Shown in pieces: positions 9,583 to 18,508 of a DNA stretch of 64,000 bases. Under the pieces are notes generated by a model that saw only the letters and a list, made by a program, of their open reading frames with translations, did not search any database and was not told where the DNA came from. The position numbers and the translations under genes are program-made. The stretch is taken from the NCBI GenBank assembly GCA_910589275.1, contig CAJUTH010000008.1:2549-66548 (forward strand), given 5' to 3'. Each line of letters begins with the position of its first letter. Position 1 is the stretch's first letter. This DNA is from an uncultured Dorea sp. Its GTDB lineage: Bacteria > Bacillota > Clostridia > Lachnospirales > Lachnospiraceae.

Positions 9583-10299
9583 ATGAATATACCACAGCAT
9601 GTGGCGATTATATTAGACGGTAATGGACGTTGGGCGAAGTCTAAGGGAATGCCGAGAAATTATGGACATGCCCAAGGCAGCAAGAATGTGGAACGGATCT
9701 GCGAGGAGGCGTGGCGGATGGGAATCAAGTACCTGACGGTATATGCGTTTTCCACAGAGAATTGGAACCGGTCTGCGGATGAAGTAAATGCGCTGATGAA
9801 GCTTCTGCGCAATTACATGAAGACCTGCCTTACGACTGCGGCGAAGAATGATATGAAAGTGCGGGTGATCGGCGATATTACCAGACTTGACGAGGATATC
9901 AGGAAGAGGATTCTTGAACTTGAGGAGGCCACGAAGAATAACGGAGGTCTGAATTTCCAGATTGCGATTAATTATGGGAGCAGGGATGAACTCATGAGAG
10001 CGGCAAGGAGGCTTGCGGCGGACTGTAAAGAGGGCAGAGTAAGGCCGGAGGATATTGGCGAGGCACTGTTTGAGGATTATCTGGATACGAGAGGGATTCC
10101 GGACCCAGATCTTTTGATTCGGACCAGCGGGGAACAGAGGCTGTCGAATTTCCTTTTGTGGCAGCTTGCCTATACGGAATTTTATTTTGCGGATGTCCAC
10201 TGGCCCGATTTTACGAAGGGAGAACTTATCAAGGCGATTGAAGCATATAATGCAAGAGACAGACGCTTCGGGGGCGTAAAGGAGGTAACGGATGTTTAA
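9583..10299 (+). CDS. uppS: Undecaprenyl diphosphate synthase
   Basis: HVAIILDGNGRWA, YAFSTENW and IRTSGEQRLSNFLLWQ. Confidence 0.97.
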   Translation: MNIPQHVAIILDGNGRWAKSKGMPRNYGHAQGSKNVERICEEAWRMGIKYLTVYAFSTENWNRSADEVNALMKLLRNYMKTCLTTAAKNDMKVRVIGDITRLDEDIRKRILELEEATKNNGGLNFQIAINYGSRDELMRAARRLAADCKEGRVRPEDIGEALFEDYLDTRGIPDPDLLIRTSGEQRLSNFLLWQLAYTEFYFADVHWPDFTKGELIKAIEAYNARDRRFGGVKEVTDV

Positions 10300-11089
10300 G
10301 ACAAGACTGCTCAGCGGAATCGTGCTGGTGATCGTGCTGGTGGTTACGGTGGGAATCGGCGGTCCGCTGTTGTATGGGATCTTACTATCAGCCAGTCTGA
10401 TCGGGCTGACGGAGCTGTATAAGGTGGTAAAGATACAGAATCAGGCGCTGGGCGTGGCGGGATATTTGGCGGCAACTGGCTATTATGTGCTTCTCGAACT
10501 GAATAGAATGGAATATGCGGTTCCTTTATTTATTCTGTTTCTGATGCTGGTTATGGCGGTTTATGTGTTTGCCTATCCGAAGTTTCATGCGGAGCAGGTA
10601 ACGATGGCGTTTTTCGGGGTGTTCTATGTGGCGGTGATGCTGTCCTTCGTGTACCAGACCAGAGAACTGCCCGATGGCGGAGTGATGGTCTGGTTGATTT
10701 TCTTAAGCTCGTGGGGGTGCGATACCTGCGCCTATTGTGCGGGGATGCTCTTTGGCAGGCATAAAATGGCTCCGGTTTTAAGTCCGAAAAAGTCAGTGGA
10801 AGGCGGAGTGGGCGGAGTGATTGGCGCCGCTGTGCTGGGGGCGGTTTTTGCTTTGGCTATGAACAGGTTTGCGGGAGCGTCGGTGAGCCCGGCGCTGTGT
10901 GCGGCGATCTGCGGAGTGGGCGGGGCGATTTCCCAGATCGGAGATCTGTGCGCCTCTGCGATCAAGCGGAATCACGAGATTAAGGATTATGGGAAGCTGA
11001 TACCCGGCCACGGCGGGATCCTTGACCGGTTTGACAGCGTGATCTTTACGGCTCCTATTATCTATTATCTGTCAGTTTATTTGGGATAA
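10292..11089 (+). CDS. cdsA: Phosphatidate cytidylyltransferase
   Basis: Multi-pass membrane protein with SPKKSVEG and KDYGKLIPGHGGILDRFDS. Confidence 0.96.
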   Translation: MFKTRLLSGIVLVIVLVVTVGIGGPLLYGILLSASLIGLTELYKVVKIQNQALGVAGYLAATGYYVLLELNRMEYAVPLFILFLMLVMAVYVFAYPKFHAEQVTMAFFGVFYVAVMLSFVYQTRELPDGGVMVWLIFLSSWGCDTCAYCAGMLFGRHKMAPVLSPKKSVEGGVGGVIGAAVLGAVFALAMNRFAGASVSPALCAAICGVGGAISQIGDLCASAIKRNHEIKDYGKLIPGHGGILDRFDSVIFTAPIIYYLSVYLG

Positions 11090-11120
11090 CATATTTTTTT
11101 TCTGGTGCGGGAGGTAAGTT

Positions 11121-12152
11121 TTGGGTATTATTTTGGCGGTCATATTATTCGGCTTTATTGTGATCTTTCACGAACTGGGACATTTTCTCATGGCGAGGCT
11201 GAATGGAATAGAAGTGGAGGAATTTGCCCTTGGCATGGGGCCGCTTCTGTTTTCAAAAGAATATAAAGGAACCAGGTACTGCGTCCGGGCGCTTCCCATC
11301 GGGGGAGCCTGTATGATGGGTGAGGACGATGAGGCGACCGGGGAGGAAGGGAATTTCCACAGCAAGCCGGTGTGGGCGCGGATCATGGTGATTGCGGGAG
11401 GCCCGGTATTTAATTTCATCCTTGCCTTTGTGCTGGCAGCAGTTTTGACGGCGATGGTGGGGTATGACCCGGCGGTGGTCGGAGCGGTCAGCGAAGGAAG
11501 CCCGGCTGAGAAAGCGGGCTTGATGGCCGGGGATGAGATCGTAGAAATGGGAAATAAAAGGATCCATATTTTCCGGGAGATCTCCGCCTATAACCAGTTC
11601 CATCAGGGGGAAACCGTGGAGGTGGCCTACGAGAGAAATGGAGAGCGCCACAGGGCGGTCATAACGCCGGAGTATAACGAGGAACTGGAATATTATATGC
11701 TGGGGATCGGAAGCGAGGGAAACCAGAAGGCGGGAATCCTCGCGTCGTTAAAATACGGCGTTTATGAAGTCAAATACTGGATCTGGGTGGCAGTTTCAGG
11801 CCTTAAAATGCTCCTTACCGGGCAGGTGGGGCTTGACCAGATGTCAGGTCCTGTGGGAATCGTGGATATGGTGGACGATGCGTATCATTCCAGTGTGGAT
11901 TACGGAATTTCTATTGTTGCGGCGAATATGATGAATATGGCGATCCTGCTGTCTGCGAATCTGGGGGTGATGAACCTGCTGCCGATCCCGGCGCTGGACG
12001 GAGGACGGCTGGTGTTTTTGTTCGCGGAGGCGGTAAGAAAAAAGAGAGTGTCGCCGGAGAAAGAAGGATACGTGCACTTTATCGGATTTGCGCTGTTGAT
12101 GGCGCTGATGGTGTTTGTATTTTATAATGATATACGGAGATTGTTTTTGTAG
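11121..12152 (+). CDS. rseP: RIP metalloprotease RseP (M50, PDZ)
   Basis: HELGH, NLLPIPALDGG and a central PDZ segment (GSPAEKAGL..GD). Confidence 0.95.
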   Translation: MGIILAVILFGFIVIFHELGHFLMARLNGIEVEEFALGMGPLLFSKEYKGTRYCVRALPIGGACMMGEDDEATGEEGNFHSKPVWARIMVIAGGPVFNFILAFVLAAVLTAMVGYDPAVVGAVSEGSPAEKAGLMAGDEIVEMGNKRIHIFREISAYNQFHQGETVEVAYERNGERHRAVITPEYNEELEYYMLGIGSEGNQKAGILASLKYGVYEVKYWIWVAVSGLKMLLTGQVGLDQMSGPVGIVDMVDDAYHSSVDYGISIVAANMMNMAILLSANLGVMNLLPIPALDGGRLVFLFAEAVRKKRVSPEKEGYVHFIGFALLMALMVFVFYNDIRRLFL

Positions 12153-12155
12153 GGG

Positions 12156-12232
12156 GAACCCTCCACGGATAGCCCAAAGGGCCCGCAGGACTCTGAGGCC
12201 TGTGGGCTCTTTGGGCTATCCGTGGAGGGTTC
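12156..12232. repeat. GC-rich inverted repeat with 34-bp arms directly after rseP
   Basis: GAACCCTCCACGGATAGCCCAAAGGGCCCGCAGG / CCTGTGGGCTCTTTGGGCTATCCGTGGAGGGTTC around a 9-nt loop; the two deviations are G:U on the + strand. Confidence 0.85.
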
Positions 12233-12294
12233 TGGCGTTAGCTGGTGTATCAGTTTGTTATGTATCTGCCCAGTGAACCTCGTTAATATATACT

Positions 12295-12338
12295 ATACGG
12301 CATGTCATAGGGAAGGTTTCCTGAGACATGCCGTATTT
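12295..12338 (+). terminator. Hairpin/terminator upstream of the PTS cluster
   Basis: ATACGGCATGTC...GACATGCCGTAT stem followed by TT. Confidence 0.55.
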
Positions 12339-12517
12339 AAATTCGTAGATTCCATTAAATTTTGTAGGGAAAATATTCAGGCATTACAAAAAATGTGCTG
12401 TAAAAACAAACACAATTTTTGAAAATGAATGCAAAACAAACGATAAAAGTTGGCATTTTTCGAGAGAAATTTGTATGCTATGATGAGAGCGTAAAAAAGA
12501 AAGAAAGGAGTGGGCAT

Positions 12518-12778
12518 ATGGTTCAGCAATCTGTTGTGGTACAGAATAAAACAGGGTTACATGCAAGGCCGGCTTCGGATCTCTTCAAACTCTGTGCAAG
12601 TTATCCCTGCAGTGTGGATATTGTTTCAGGAGGAAAAACATACAGCGCCAAACATATTATGGGGATTTTGATGGCGGGGATTACAAAAGGGACAGAGATT
12701 ACGGTTCAGACGGAAGGCGAACAGGAAGAAGAAGCGTTAGAGCATATCATTTCGTTCATTGCAAATTTGAAGGAATGA
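12518..12778 (+). CDS. HPr-family phosphocarrier (cluster-specific paralog)
   Basis: GLHARPA with His at residue 15 from ATG 12518; AAGGAG RBS; residue 46 is His rather than Ser. Confidence 0.92.
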   Translation: MVQQSVVVQNKTGLHARPASDLFKLCASYPCSVDIVSGGKTYSAKHIMGILMAGITKGTEITVQTEGEQEEEALEHIISFIANLKE

Positions 12779-12785
12779 TCCAGAG

Positions 12786-14408
12786 GTGAGCATAATGGAG
12801 ATTAACAGCAGAATGAGTTCTATACTTTATTTGATCGTTGCATCGAAAGGAAGGATAAGTCTGGAGAGCCTCGCAAATGAAACTGCGGTTTCCAAACGGG
12901 CGTTGTATTACGACTTGGGAAAAATTAACGAATGTTTTTCAAACAAGGGAATACCGGCCGTCGTATTGGAAAACGGAGAATGTGTCATAGAAGAAGAGTA
13001 TCTGGACATGGTTGAGGAGATACTAGAATCCGGCAATATTCATCTGGCGTCTAGAGAGCAGCGTATGCGGATAGAAATTCTCTTGATTGCATTAAGTAAA
13101 GAGCAGGTAACGATAGAAGGGCTGAGTCAGGAATTTGACGTCAGCAGAAATACGATCCAGACCGACTTAAAGCTGTTGAAAAGGGAATGCGGGGGCAAAA
13201 CCGCGCTGAAGTATACCAATAGGAACGGCTATTATTTCGAAGGCGATGAATTGAGTGTAAGGAATTATATTTCTGATAATCTGGCCGCTATTAAAAACAG
13301 AGGAATCTGGGAGATGATTCTTAAGCTTCTTAACCGCCTGGCAGCGGACAGCCTGAACCTGAATCCAGAATCTGGCGATGTATATCAGATAATCCTTGAA
13401 GAAATTGAGATTTACAGTGAATTGATCTCAACAAGTTTTATCGACCATTTTGTATGTCATACGGCGGCCATGATCATGGTTGCGGTTATAAGGAACGGAT
13501 TGGGAAATGAATGTTCTCAGATCGGGCAGATAGGGAAGCGCACATTTAGCTATACTGAAGAGTTTGGGCAGATAAAGATTCTGCTGGCCAGGCTGCGGGG
13601 CAAAGGGATTATCCTTTCCGGAAATGAGGAGTTTTATGCGGCGTATCTGCTGCTTGGCATGAAAAGGATTGATTTCCATGGTGAGATGAATCAGGAAGTG
13701 ATAGAAATTGTTGATGTGCTTTTGCATCATATTGAAAAACAACGCGGACAGACAATTGAACGAAAGGAAGAACTGAGAAAGATGCTGTGCCTCCATATGG
13801 AGCCAATGCTTTACCGGCTTAAACTGGGGCTTCATAGTACAAATCTGCTTTTAGAGGATATCCGGAAGATGTATCCAAGAGGATTCGATATGGTGGAAAC
13901 CAGTGTCCGTGCCATCGGAGGCGAAATAGGAGAACTGATTACAGAGGATGAGATATCGTTCTTGGTTATGTTTGTGGAAAGCCATTTTGCGAATATAGAA
14001 ATGGGCGGGGGAATAACGGACGCAAGAAAAATTTTGATTATCTGCGGTGCGGGCGTTTCAACATCTGTATTCATCAGAACCCAGCTTCAGGAGATTCTGG
14101 GGGAGAATTATGAATATGAGCTGTCAGCAGTGTCTGCGGTGCGGGAAAAAAATTTTTTAAAATACAAGCTTGTGATTTCCACGGTCCGCGACGTTGGACT
14201 GCCAGCGGAGACAATCTATGTGTCGCCGATACTGAGCGAGAGGGATACGGATCATATTATTCAGAAATTGTGCAGTGAACCGATGGATCTACGCAAAGTA
14301 AAGGTAGAGGATCTTATAAATATTATAGAGCGGCAGATATCATCTAAGGAAGAACTGGGAAAGATTCGCCGGAATCTATTTTATTATTTTCAAAGGAGGA
14401 ATGCGTAA
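12786..14408 (+). CDS. PRD/EIIB-containing transcription regulator (BglG/MtlR/LicR-like)
   Basis: Two N-terminal HTHs (AVSKRALYYDL, DVSRNTIQTDL), a PRD-like segment (LCLHMEPMLYRL) and an EIIB motif IICGAGVSTS. Confidence 0.85.
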   Translation: MSIMEINSRMSSILYLIVASKGRISLESLANETAVSKRALYYDLGKINECFSNKGIPAVVLENGECVIEEEYLDMVEEILESGNIHLASREQRMRIEILLIALSKEQVTIEGLSQEFDVSRNTIQTDLKLLKRECGGKTALKYTNRNGYYFEGDELSVRNYISDNLAAIKNRGIWEMILKLLNRLAADSLNLNPESGDVYQIILEEIEIYSELISTSFIDHFVCHTAAMIMVAVIRNGLGNECSQIGQIGKRTFSYTEEFGQIKILLARLRGKGIILSGNEEFYAAYLLLGMKRIDFHGEMNQEVIEIVDVLLHHIEKQRGQTIERKEELRKMLCLHMEPMLYRLKLGLHSTNLLLEDIRKMYPRGFDMVETSVRAIGGEIGELITEDEISFLVMFVESHFANIEMGGGITDARKILIICGAGVSTSVFIRTQLQEILGENYEYELSAVSAVREKNFLKYKLVISTVRDVGLPAETIYVSPILSERDTDHIIQKLCSEPMDLRKVKVEDLINIIERQISSKEELGKIRRNLFYYFQRRNA

Positions 14409-14863
14409 TGTCTATTATTGATAAGAGACATGTAAAAGTAGGGCTGAAAGCAGACAGCCGGGAAGAGGCGCTTCGGTTGGCGGGGCAGATGTTTCTTGAT
14501 ACAGGCTGCGTGAAGGAGTCATTTATAGATGCGATTCTGGAAAGGGAAGAGCTCTATCCGACCGGGCTGAATTTAAAATATAATGCAATTGCAATGCCTC
14601 ATACGACTCCCCAGCATGTGAACCGGCCTGGGATTGCATTAGTGAAACTGGAAAAACCTGTTGTATTCATGCATATGGGTTCTACCGGGGAGAAAGTAGA
14701 GGCTGAGATGCTATTTATGATGGCGATTACGGATCCGGAGGAACAGATTCATAATTTAAAAAAGATTATGACATTATTTATGGATGAGGAACTGGTGGGA
14801 AGGTTCAGAGACGCGGCAAGTGAAGAAGAATTGTACAGCCTTGGGAAGAAATATTTGGAGTAA
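14408..14863 (+). CDS. PTS EIIA component (galactitol/fructose-type)
   Basis: REELYPTGL and AIAMPHT phospho-His motif. Confidence 0.92.
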   Translation: MSIIDKRHVKVGLKADSREEALRLAGQMFLDTGCVKESFIDAILEREELYPTGLNLKYNAIAMPHTTPQHVNRPGIALVKLEKPVVFMHMGSTGEKVEAEMLFMMAITDPEEQIHNLKKIMTLFMDEELVGRFRDAASEEELYSLGKKYLE

Positions 14864-14914
14864 AGGGAAAAGAAGTCTGATTATAAAAATTAAAGAGAAA
14901 GGAAGATATAAATT

Positions 14915-15205
14915 ATGAAAAAAATATGTGTATTATGCGTGTGTGGTTCCGGTACGGTAACATCGTCTATGCTGGCTTCAAAACTGAAAGAAAAACTTGG
15001 AGAACTGGGATATGACGCAGAGTGTATAGAAACAAATCCGGGTGGAGTTGAGTCTGCAATGGGATCGCATGACGTAGCGTTCATGGCATGTTCAAGTCCG
15101 GTTCCAGGCGAGTATGGAGTGCCGAAATTGATGGCGACGTCGTTTCTGATCGGTTTGGATGAAGAAGGCTTTATGGATGAGGTGAAAGAGATACTGAAAG
15201 CGTAA
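14915..15205 (+). CDS. PTS EIIB component (galactitol family)
   Basis: VCGSGTVTSSM phospho-Cys loop. Confidence 0.92.
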   Translation: MKKICVLCVCGSGTVTSSMLASKLKEKLGELGYDAECIETNPGGVESAMGSHDVAFMACSSPVPGEYGVPKLMATSFLIGLDEEGFMDEVKEILKA

Positions 15206-15229
15206 AGAGAAAAGAAAGGATAAATTATT

Positions 15230-16642
15230 ATGTTAGATACCATTCAAAATATATTTAATGCGTTTGGTGCGATTGTATTTGTACCGGTTATTTTGTTCAT
15301 TGTTGCAAAAGGCATGGGCGTTAAAACGAAAAAGGCATTGGACTGTGCGATTCTTTCCGCAGTGGGTTTAGAGGGATTTACGCTGATTATTAATTCCTAT
15401 TCGGGAATTATTGGTCCGGTGGTGGAGCAGATGGTGGAAACTACGGGCGTAAATCTGGAAATTGTTGATATTGGATGGCAGGCGACTTCTGTTGTTGCTT
15501 ATTCTACTACCATAGGAATTATATTTTTTGCCATTGCCGTTATTTTGCAGCTCGCGTTATATTTTCTGAAATTCACGAATGTTTTTATGGTTAGCGATCT
15601 GTGGAATAACTACGGGTTTATGGTGTGGGGCTCCATGCTGTATCTTCTGACCAAAAATATTTTCTTGGCGTTATTATTGATGGTTATACAGAATCTGTAC
15701 TGCATGCTGTTTTCAGAGGCGCTTGCAAAGCGTTTCTCCAATTACTATGGATATCCGAATTGCTGCTTGTCTGTGCCGATGCATATGGACGCGGTACCCT
15801 TTGCGATTGTGATGAATGCCATTCTGAATAAGCTTGGACTGAATAAAATCAAAGCAAGCCCCAAGGCGCTTGCGGATAAAGCGGGAATGCTTGCGGACCC
15901 AAAAGTGATCGGACTAATTCTTGGAGGAGTTATCGCGACAATCAGTTATTCCCATTCGCTGAATTCTCTGGAAAGCTGGGGTGCGATCGCAACCTGCGCG
16001 ATTGCAACATCGGCAGTTATGACGGTATTTCCAAAGGTTGCGGGAATCTTTGCATCAGCATTTACGCCGCTTTCCTCAGCTTATGCAAAAAAGGCGGCTG
16101 AGAGCGGAAAAGGACGCAATTGGTATATTGCGATTAACGATGCGGTTGCATATGGAGAAACTGCAACGCTGACAACGGGTATTATCCTGATGCCGATTAT
16201 TCTGGTGATTGCATTTATTCTGCCGGGGAATAAATTCCTTCCGCTTGTGGATCTCTGTGCGATTCCATACATGATCGAGGTGTTTATCTGTGTTACGGAT
16301 GGGAATATGATTAAGAGTACGATATGCGGAACAATCTGGTACACCATCGGCCTCTTGTGCATTACGGCAGTTGCACCGTATTTCTCACAGGTTGCGGCGT
16401 CTGTTGGGGTAGAGATGGCTCTGGCGGGTGTTCTGGTTGCAAGTTTCGGAGTTATGGGGCGTCCGTTGAACTGTTTGTCTTTCCTTGCTTTCCTGACGGG
16501 TAATCCAATTATTATAGGAGCGGTGGTTCTATTGTATGTTGTTATGTACGCAGCGTTTAAGATGAAGGGGCAGAGCCTGATTGATTACATGGAAAACTGC
16601 AACGACGTGCCGGAGAATCAAGAAGTAAACGCACAGGCATAG
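15230..16642 (+). CDS. PTS EIIC component (GatC family)
   Basis: Hydrophobic 470-aa protein with IVDIGWQ, DLWNNY and ILPGNKFLPLVDL GatC signatures. Confidence 0.9.
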   Translation: MLDTIQNIFNAFGAIVFVPVILFIVAKGMGVKTKKALDCAILSAVGLEGFTLIINSYSGIIGPVVEQMVETTGVNLEIVDIGWQATSVVAYSTTIGIIFFAIAVILQLALYFLKFTNVFMVSDLWNNYGFMVWGSMLYLLTKNIFLALLLMVIQNLYCMLFSEALAKRFSNYYGYPNCCLSVPMHMDAVPFAIVMNAILNKLGLNKIKASPKALADKAGMLADPKVIGLILGGVIATISYSHSLNSLESWGAIATCAIATSAVMTVFPKVAGIFASAFTPLSSAYAKKAAESGKGRNWYIAINDAVAYGETATLTTGIILMPIILVIAFILPGNKFLPLVDLCAIPYMIEVFICVTDGNMIKSTICGTIWYTIGLLCITAVAPYFSQVAASVGVEMALAGVLVASFGVMGRPLNCLSFLAFLTGNPIIIGAVVLLYVVMYAAFKMKGQSLIDYMENCNDVPENQEVNAQA

Positions 16643-16664
16643 CCTGTCGCAGAAGGAGAAAAAG

Positions 16665-17753
16665 ATGCTGAAAGAATTAAGTGAGAAGAAACAGAAAGTA
16701 GTAGTGATCGGGGATGTTTTTGTGTCTTGCGATACGATGGCGGACGCAGTCAATCAGTCTTCTATTCAGGTAGAAAAGCTGGATAAAGTATTCTGGGGGG
16801 AAAATACCATAGAATCTTTTTCTGAGAAACAGGTAAATATAGAGAAGAATGGGCCGGATGCAGAACCATATCCGGAGGAACTAGACGGGTTGATAGAAGA
16901 AGCGGATATTATTATGATGCATTTTGCGCCGATTCCCAGGAAGCTGATCGAGAAGGCAAAGAATCTAAAATGCATTTTGACATGCAGGGGCGGTTTGGAG
17001 CATATCTGTGTACAGGCGGCAAGCGAGAGGAATATTCCGGTTGTGAATGTTATTCGGAATGCAGAACCAGTAGCGGATTTTGTGCTTGGGCTGATTATTG
17101 CATTAACGCGGAATATCGCCACATCCCATGCGAAACTGATGCGGGGTGAATGGACGAAATCCTACCCTAATTACGATTATACGACAACATTGGGTAATCT
17201 GAAAGTAGGATTGGCTGGACTTGGCAATGTGGGTTTGGAGATAGCCAAACGTCTAAGAGCGCTGGATGTGAAAGTGCTGGGATTTGATGAATATGTATCG
17301 GAAGAACGCCTGTATAAGAATGGGCTTGGGGATGTGGAAATGGTAAGCAGTTTGGAAGAGCTGTTTCAGAAGGCGGACGTGGTTAGTATCCATCTGCGGC
17401 TTACAGAGGAGACCCGTGGAATGATTGACCGGCATTATTTTGATATGATGCGTCCGGATAGTTACTTCATTAATACATCAAGGGGCGGTCTTGTTAAAGA
17501 GAAAGATCTGATAGAAGCGCTCAGAGAGCATCGGATTGCCGGCGCGGCGCTGGATGTATTTGAAAAGGAACCGGTTACGGCAGGAAGCGGGTTTGCGGAT
17601 TTGGACAACATTATTATTACACCACATATTGCGGGGGATACCGTAAGCGCAGTACCGAAATCTCCGTACTTATTGACGCGGGAATTTGACCGTATGTGTA
17701 AGACTGATCATACGGAGAGAGTTGTAAATTATGATAAAATATCGATATCTTAA
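16665..17753 (+). CDS. D-isomer-specific 2-hydroxyacid dehydrogenase family, NAD-binding
   Basis: GLAGLGNVG Rossmann motif, NTSRG, DVFEKEP and TPHIAG. Confidence 0.9.
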   Translation: MLKELSEKKQKVVVIGDVFVSCDTMADAVNQSSIQVEKLDKVFWGENTIESFSEKQVNIEKNGPDAEPYPEELDGLIEEADIIMMHFAPIPRKLIEKAKNLKCILTCRGGLEHICVQAASERNIPVVNVIRNAEPVADFVLGLIIALTRNIATSHAKLMRGEWTKSYPNYDYTTTLGNLKVGLAGLGNVGLEIAKRLRALDVKVLGFDEYVSEERLYKNGLGDVEMVSSLEELFQKADVVSIHLRLTEETRGMIDRHYFDMMRPDSYFINTSRGGLVKEKDLIEALREHRIAGAALDVFEKEPVTAGSGFADLDNIIITPHIAGDTVSAVPKSPYLLTREFDRMCKTDHTERVVNYDKISIS

Positions 17754-17840
17754 CGAGCGTCAGTAATTCGCAGGGGATACTTAGCGAAGATCGGCAGTCT
17801 AATAAGTATAAAATGATAAAAAGATTGGAGGAAAATAATT

Positions 17841-18488
17841 ATGAAATATCAGGAAATCAGAGAAAGTGTTTTGGCAGCGATTAAACAGGCGGATGCATTG
17901 GGGTTGATCCATGGCACATCCGGCAATATCTCCATGCGGGATGAAAAGGAGGATGTAGTAGCGATTACGCCAAGCGGAAGGGATTATGATACCATGAAGC
18001 CAGAGGATATTACCATCGTTGACTTGGAGGGGAATATGATTGACGGAGCGTATATCCCATCGTCGGAGACGCCGATGCATACTGCCGTATATCGTGCGCG
18101 CAGGGATGTCTGCGCCGTAGTACATACGCATTCGTTATATGCTACGGTTATGTCTATGCGGCTTGCAGATTTGGATCGTGCTACGGTACCGTCTAATATG
18201 TATTATCCAATCCATACCGCGCCTTTTGCAATGCCGGGTTCTGAAGAACTGGCCAAAGAGGCTGTGAAGGCGCTTGGAGAACAGGGCGATGTGGCTTTAC
18301 TCCAGAATCATGGACTGATTGCTACAGGTCCGAGTATGGAGTCGGCAATGACCTGCGCAGTTTATACAGAGGAGGACGCGCAGGTGGGATACTATGCGGC
18401 ATTGTTGAAGGTTCCTGCAGACAGCTATATTCCGGAAGAGGCGGCGCTGAAAATACGCGGAATTGCATTATCAGGACGTGCGGTATAA
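17841..18488 (+). CDS. Class II aldolase (L-fuculose-1-phosphate aldolase-like)
   Basis: GTSGNIS, ITPSG, PSSETPMH, VVHTHS and LLQNHG Zn ligands. Confidence 0.9.
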   Translation: MKYQEIRESVLAAIKQADALGLIHGTSGNISMRDEKEDVVAITPSGRDYDTMKPEDITIVDLEGNMIDGAYIPSSETPMHTAVYRARRDVCAVVHTHSLYATVMSMRLADLDRATVPSNMYYPIHTAPFAMPGSEELAKEAVKALGEQGDVALLQNHGLIATGPSMESAMTCAVYTEEDAQVGYYAALLKVPADSYIPEEAALKIRGIALSGRAV

Positions 18489-18508
18489 AACAATAGAAAG
18501 AGTGGTAA

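Noticed and set aside
9399..9623. 74-aa ORF between frr and uppS
   Set aside because: It runs through a terminator hairpin, a palindrome and the uppS promoter region, with no convincing RBS.
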